Assembly: GCA_965240325.2 (NCBI GenBank)
Contig: OZ251229.1
Coordinates: forward strand, 1,984,001-2,048,000
Reading direction: 5' to 3'
Length of the DNA stretch: 64,000 bases
Source of the DNA: Rebecca billardiae RCC1528
Taxonomy: Eukaryota; Protista; Haptophyta
Shown here: one piece after another, positions 59,800 to 64,000 of the stretch
Layout of the letters: every line of letters begins with the position of its first letter
How positions within the stretch are numbered: position 1 is the stretch's first letter
The notes under the pieces: model-generated
What the model was told of the DNA's origin: nothing
The model's input: the letters and a program-made list of their open reading frames with translations, nothing else
The model's database searches: none
Position numbers and translations under genes: made by a program

Positions 59800-60515
59800 T
59801 CACGGCAGCACGCTCGGTGCGTCCTTCTCGCTCGAGCGTGCTGCTCGCCGCGCCTTCTTCGCGGCGAACTTCGCCTTGCGCCGCGCAATCTCATCCTCAT
59901 TCAGCCTGCGGGGGACACGCCACGGCGACGCGAGCGTGCGCGTGATCAGGAGCCAGCAGGTCTCGGCGGGCGCGGTGCGCCGGGGTTGAGGGCGAGCAGG
60001 GCACAGGCGCGCGTGGCCGCTTACCCAGCGTTCTCGCGCCTGCGCTTCCGCCGGTCCTTCACCTTCTCGCGAGCGCGCTCCTGCGCCTTCGCGGCCCGCC
60101 GCTCCTTCTTCTTTGCAGCCTTCTGCAGCACCTTCTGCGTCTCATTGTACGTGCGCGCTTTTCGCCGGGCCTCGGTGAGTGCGCGCATGTGCTGCCGCCC
60201 GCTCGCGAACTCTGCCGCCGCCGCCGCCGAGGTGAATCTACGCTCGGGGAACAGTCGGCTTTGCCACACCGTCGCCCCTTTCTTCGAGGTCGTCACCTCA
60301 AAGCAGCGCTCCCAGGCCTCCCCTTCCTCCGACTCGCTTTCACTCTCAGCGCCCGCGTCCTCCCCGTCCTCGCCGCTCTCCTCATCGTCTCTCTCGATCA
60401 AGTCCGCGAATCGGCGACGAGTGGGCTCCTGCTCGTCGTCGTCGTCGTCGTCGCTGAGACCGTCGTCGTCCTCGAGATCGCGCAGCTTGCTCAGCTGACG
60501 GATGCGTGACGCCAT
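59800..60515 (-). CDS. Hypothetical acidic/basic nuclear or nucleolar-type protein (intron 59906-60024)
   Basis: D/E-rich N-terminus, K/R-rich coiled C-terminus; a GTAAG..CGCAG intron gives ENAG|LNEDEIARRKAKFAAKKARR. Confidence 0.7.
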
Positions 60516-60617
60516 TGCGACCGCGAGTCCGGCCGCGCGCTCGCGGTGTCGTGCGAGCCCGGCCCGGAACGCGGCCGCCAGCCAGCCGGTGAGCGGCGGC
60601 CGCCTTTGCAAGCGACC

Positions 60618-61190
60618 ATGCCCGCCGCGGACGAGCAGGCCGCGGCCCCCGCGGCCGAGGAGCCCGAGCGACCAATTGCGTTGCACGCCCTTCCAGAGAA
60701 CGACATTCTTCCGCCCACCGTCCCGTTGCCGCGCCCGCGAGACACGACCAAGCAAACGCGGCGGTCTGGTGGTCTTGGCGCTCCCGGCGGCCACGTGGAG
60801 CCACCCAAGCCATCCATCCGACCGCCTTCTGCTGAGTTTCTGCAACGCCGAGCCGGCGAGGTGGATAGCGGCACGTCGTTGGACGGTGGACGCCCACAGC
60901 GCCGAGCCATGTCGTTCTCCATCGAGACCGTGCGCGGCAAGGCCAAGATCAATGCGCGGCCCCCTCCCCCTCCACCAAACGTGCCGCGGCCGAGCAAAGA
61001 GTATATGGAGCGCTTCCTCAGCGGCAGGGCTCCCGCTTCGCGAGCACAGTCATTCGAGCCCACTCGGACGACGGGCCCCGCGCGTGTGCAGCAGCACCAG
61101 ATCGTCAACACGAAGCGGCTGGACACGCTCCTTGCCGAGCTGCGCTCCGGTGGCCCAGTTGCGCAGCGGCTCTGGCCTCAAGCCTGGTAG
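60618..61190 (+). CDS. Hypothetical Pro-rich protein
   Basis: ATG in good context, 190-aa ORF, divergent from the preceding gene by ~100 bp. Confidence 0.55.
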   Translation: MPAADEQAAAPAAEEPERPIALHALPENDILPPTVPLPRPRDTTKQTRRSGGLGAPGGHVEPPKPSIRPPSAEFLQRRAGEVDSGTSLDGGRPQRRAMSFSIETVRGKAKINARPPPPPPNVPRPSKEYMERFLSGRAPASRAQSFEPTRTTGPARVQQHQIVNTKRLDTLLAELRSGGPVAQRLWPQAW

Positions 61191-61315
61191 TGCAATCACA
61201 TCAACATATCTAGGTTTCGTTAGACAACTTCGACCTGCTAGTACTAAGACTACTCAGCCATACTGCACTGACTTGCTCAGCACGTAGCCAGTAGCAGCGC
61301 GGTCTCACGAGTCAG

Positions 61316-64000
61316 TCAGGACGATGACGGTGGCGGCGGCGGTTGCAGGTACGACGGTGCTGGCACAGTCTGCTGCTGCTGAGCCTGATGCTGGGCGGCC
61401 CAGTACGCATGGCCGTGCGCCGCCGCCGCCGCCGCCGCCGCGTACTGCTGCTGCGCCTGCTGCTGCTGCTGGATGGAGTGGAGCAACGCGGCGACGTGTT
61501 CACGTCGCTCCGCCAGCGGGCGGCCGCGCCTGCTCAACCTCTCCTGCGTGCGCGCGCGGAGTGTCGGTGGGCAGGCAGTGGTCGGATGGGTCGCGCAGCG
61601 GCGCATGTGAGCGAGCGCTGAGTTGGGCGGCACAACGCGCAGGCGCCAGGCAGTGCCGAGGTCGTGCAGCAGCCTGGACGCGCCGCGCGCCGCGGGGCGC
61701 CAGCGGGCAGAGCGCCGCAGGGAGTGCGTGCGCACCCGGAGCTCGAGCGCGAGGAGCAGCCGCCGCTCTGCCGGCGCGTGCCTCGCCTGCAGGACGAGGA
61801 AGTCAACCATCCTGTCCTCGCTCAGGGGCCCGCCGCCGCTTGGGACGTGCAGATACGCGTGCGGGGCCACGGGCGCGCTGGCGGCGGCCGGCATCGCGGG
61901 CGGCGGGTGCAGCATCGCGGCGCTGATCGGCGGGTAAGGGTATGCCGGCGCAGGTGGGGTCGGCCCTGGCATGGCCCAGCTTGGCGGCGGCGCGGCAGGT
62001 GCCGCCGGCTGTGCAGGCGAAGGGCCGGCCCACGGTGGCGGCACTGGCGCCGGCGTTGGCAGCGGGGCGGCAGGCATCGGAACGGAGCTCTGCGGCTGCG
62101 GCTGCAGGGAGGGCTGCGGCTGCGGCGAGGCTTGCGGCGATGGTGAGGTCTGCGGCTGCGGCTGTGGTGATGGCGGCAGCTGCAGCGGCGGTGGCGGCGG
62201 CTGCGGCTGCGGCAACGGCGACGGCGGCAGCTGCAGCTGCGGCGGCGGTGCCGGCACCGGGACGGGCGCGGGCGTCTCGGGCAGCGGCGTGCGCCTCAGG
62301 CTCTCGATCTGCGCGTGCACCTCCTCCAGCAGCCTCAGCTGCTCCCGATGGCGGATGTCCTCCAGAGCCGAGCGCGCCTCCAGCTCGCGCGCCAGCTTCT
62401 GCGTCTCGCGCTCGCTGTCGTCGCGCAGCGCCGCGCGCTCCGTCTTCGCCGCGATCTCGAGCTCCTCCAGCTTCTTGAGGGCGGCGAGGGCCTCGGCGGC
62501 GCCGGCCGAGTCGGGCTCGGCGGCCGCGCCGAGCCGTGCGCGGCCCATCCAGCTCGGCGTGGCAGCGGGTTGGCTCTCCGGGCCGTCACCACCGCCGCCG
62601 CGGGCAGCCGGGCTCGCGGGTGACGACAGGTCTGCTGCGCGCGCGGCGGACTCGACGGCGCGCGGCTGGTGGCTGGATGCGGCGGAGGTGCGCGGCGAGC
62701 GGTGCCTGGGCGAAGCGGGCTTGGCCGCCGCCGGCAGCAGCGCAGGCGAGGGGGGCGCGGACGGCGTGCGCCGCTGCGATGCGAGGGGTGACTCCCTGTG
62801 CGAAGCGGCGGCGTGCTGCGGCGATGATTGCACGCTCACGCGCGGCGCAGAGCGCGGCGCAGGGTGCGGCGGCAGCGGCTGCACCGGCGGCATGCCGGGC
62901 ACGATGCTGCTCACAATCGTGATACGCGACATCCCGTCCGCCCGAACCTCCACGCCCGGCCGACCGTGCAGCTGCAGCCGAGCCAGCGGCTGCGGGCCGA
63001 AGCGCGCGACCGGCACAGAGCCGCCGCCGCCCTCGCTCGTGGCGAGAGGGAGCAGCACCCAGCCCAGCGCGTCGTGCGGCTTGTGCACGTCGTGGTCCCA
63101 CACCTCCACCCGGATCGCCTCGTCCCCGCTCGCGAGCGGCAGCGCGATCCCGTCCGCCCACGACGGGTTGAGCGTATTGTCCCGGCGCGCGGTCTCGACG
63201 GTGATCTCGCTCGGCAGTGCGACCAGCCGGACGTAAGGGTCGGAGAGCGAGCGCGCGTCTCGGTTCATCAGCTTGACGCACGAGATCGAGTGGAACGCCA
63301 CGTAGCGCGGCGCGTCCGGCGGGAGGGCGTCGGGCTGCGGCTGCGGCTGCGGCGGCTGCGGCTGCGGGTGTGGGTGCGGGTGCGGCTGCTGCGGCTGCTG
63401 CTGCGCGGGCGCCGCCGGTCCACGCGCCGGTGACGGTGCCTCAGCAATCTGCGCTCTCCCGTCGCCATTGGCGAGCGGCACGTCGGCTGACGGGGACTGT
63501 TCCTCGCTCGTGGGCGAGTGCGCGCTGCGCGAGGCCACTGCCGAATTCGGCTGCTGCACGGCCGGCACGCTCTCGGCCTCCACACGTGCGCTCCCGAGTT
63601 TTCCATTCGGGCTGGGAGCGGAGCGCGTAGCCCCGATGATGCGCGGCTTCGGCGGCGACGCGGACGGCTGCGGGGGCGGCGCGCGCAGCGGGCTGGGCGG
63701 GTGCTGCATCGCGCGCTCGGTGCGCACGAGCGCGAAGAGCAACGCCGTCGCCACGATCTTCGCCACCGCCAGATCCGATCTGGAGAACGCGATCTCGTCC
63801 GATGCGTACAGGAGCTGCAGCGCGCCGCGCGGTCGCCCGTCCTGGTCCTCCTGCGGCCGCGCTGCCGCGACCGCGCCGCCGAGCGGCAGAGAGATGGACG
63901 CGCCCGGGAGCAGCTCGTTGGGGTGGGCCGCGTCGATCCGAACCTCGATGCCCTCCTCGTAGCACCGCCGCGCCACCGCGGTCACGATCGGCGGCGGCAG
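61316..64000 (-). CDS. C2-domain protein with Pro/Gln-rich and coiled-coil regions; 5'-partial; probable intron 61544-61735
   Basis: C2 motifs LMNRDARSLSDPYVRL, NTLNPSW, IRVEVWDHD..HDALG; possible GAF-like segment at the window edge (GALQLL..FSRSDL). Confidence 0.8.
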   Translation of the reverse strand: MPPPIVTAVARRCYEEGIEVRIDAAHPNELLPGASISLPLGGAVAAARPQEDQDGRPRGALQLLYASDEIAFSRSDLAVAKIVATALLFALVRTERAMQHPPSPLRAPPPQPSASPPKPRIIGATRSAPSPNGKLGSARVEAESVPAVQQPNSAVASRSAHSPTSEEQSPSADVPLANGDGRAQIAEAPSPARGPAAPAQQQPQQPHPHPHPQPQPPQPQPQPDALPPDAPRYVAFHSISCVKLMNRDARSLSDPYVRLVALPSEITVETARRDNTLNPSWADGIALPLASGDEAIRVEVWDHDVHKPHDALGWVLLPLATSEGGGGSVPVARFGPQPLARLQLHGRPGVEVRADGMSRITIVSSIVPGMPPVQPLPPHPAPRSAPRVSVQSSPQHAAASHRESPLASQRRTPSAPPSPALLPAAAKPASPRHRSPRTSAASSHQPRAVESAARAADLSSPASPAARGGGGDGPESQPAATPSWMGRARLGAAAEPDSAGAAEALAALKKLEELEIAAKTERAALRDDSERETQKLARELEARSALEDIRHREQLRLLEEVHAQIESLRRTPLPETPAPVPVPAPPPQLQLPPSPLPQPQPPPPPLQLPPSPQPQPQTSPSPQASPQPQPSLQPQPQSSVPMPAAPLPTPAPVPPPWAGPSPAQPAAPAAPPPSWAMPGPTPPAPAYPYPPISAAMLHPPPAMPAAASAPVAPHAYLHVPSGGGPLSEDRMVDFLVLQARHAPAERRLLLALELRVRTHSLRRSARWRPAARGASRLLHDLGTAWRLRVVPPNSALAHMRRCATHPTTACPPTLRARTQERLSRRGRPLAERREHVAALLHSIQQQQQAQQQYAAAAAAAAHGHAYWAAQHQAQQQQTVPAPSYLQPPPPPSSS

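Overview
GC-rich, gene-dense eukaryotic nuclear DNA with short GC-rich GT-AG introns, several head-to-head gene pairs and (TA)n/(CT)n microsatellites. The composition and gene content fit a flagellated alga such as a haptophyte; this is inference only. About 17 host genes are supportable: a GH16 glucanase with Dpy-30/RIIa- and IQ-like N-terminal motifs, an EFHC/Rib72 protein, a PHYHD1-like dioxygenase, an Rxt3-like protein, a small 2-TM protein, an alpha/beta hydrolase, a reticulon, a FUN14 protein, a TPR protein, a TylF-type O-methyltransferase, a 7TM protein fused to a HET/TIR-like domain, a sulfotransferase, a NUDIX+degenerate CobW/COG0523 protein divergent from a P1B-2 Zn/Cd ATPase, a C2-domain protein and hypothetical proteins. 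There is also one tRNA-Val(TAC). Mobile DNA comprises a young full-length Ty1/copia element (17700-25140; TG..TA LTRs, 5-bp TSD, integrase lacking HHCC), a small MITE, and two long-TIR foldback elements inserted side by side in one palindromic target. Most notable are four non-autonomous elements in two subfamilies with shared asymmetric end architecture (Helitron2/Helentron-like), each carrying different gene-like cargo with internal tandem duplications. The top leads are this cargo-carrying element family, the 7TM-HET/TIR-like receptor, and the divergent metal-homeostasis gene pair.
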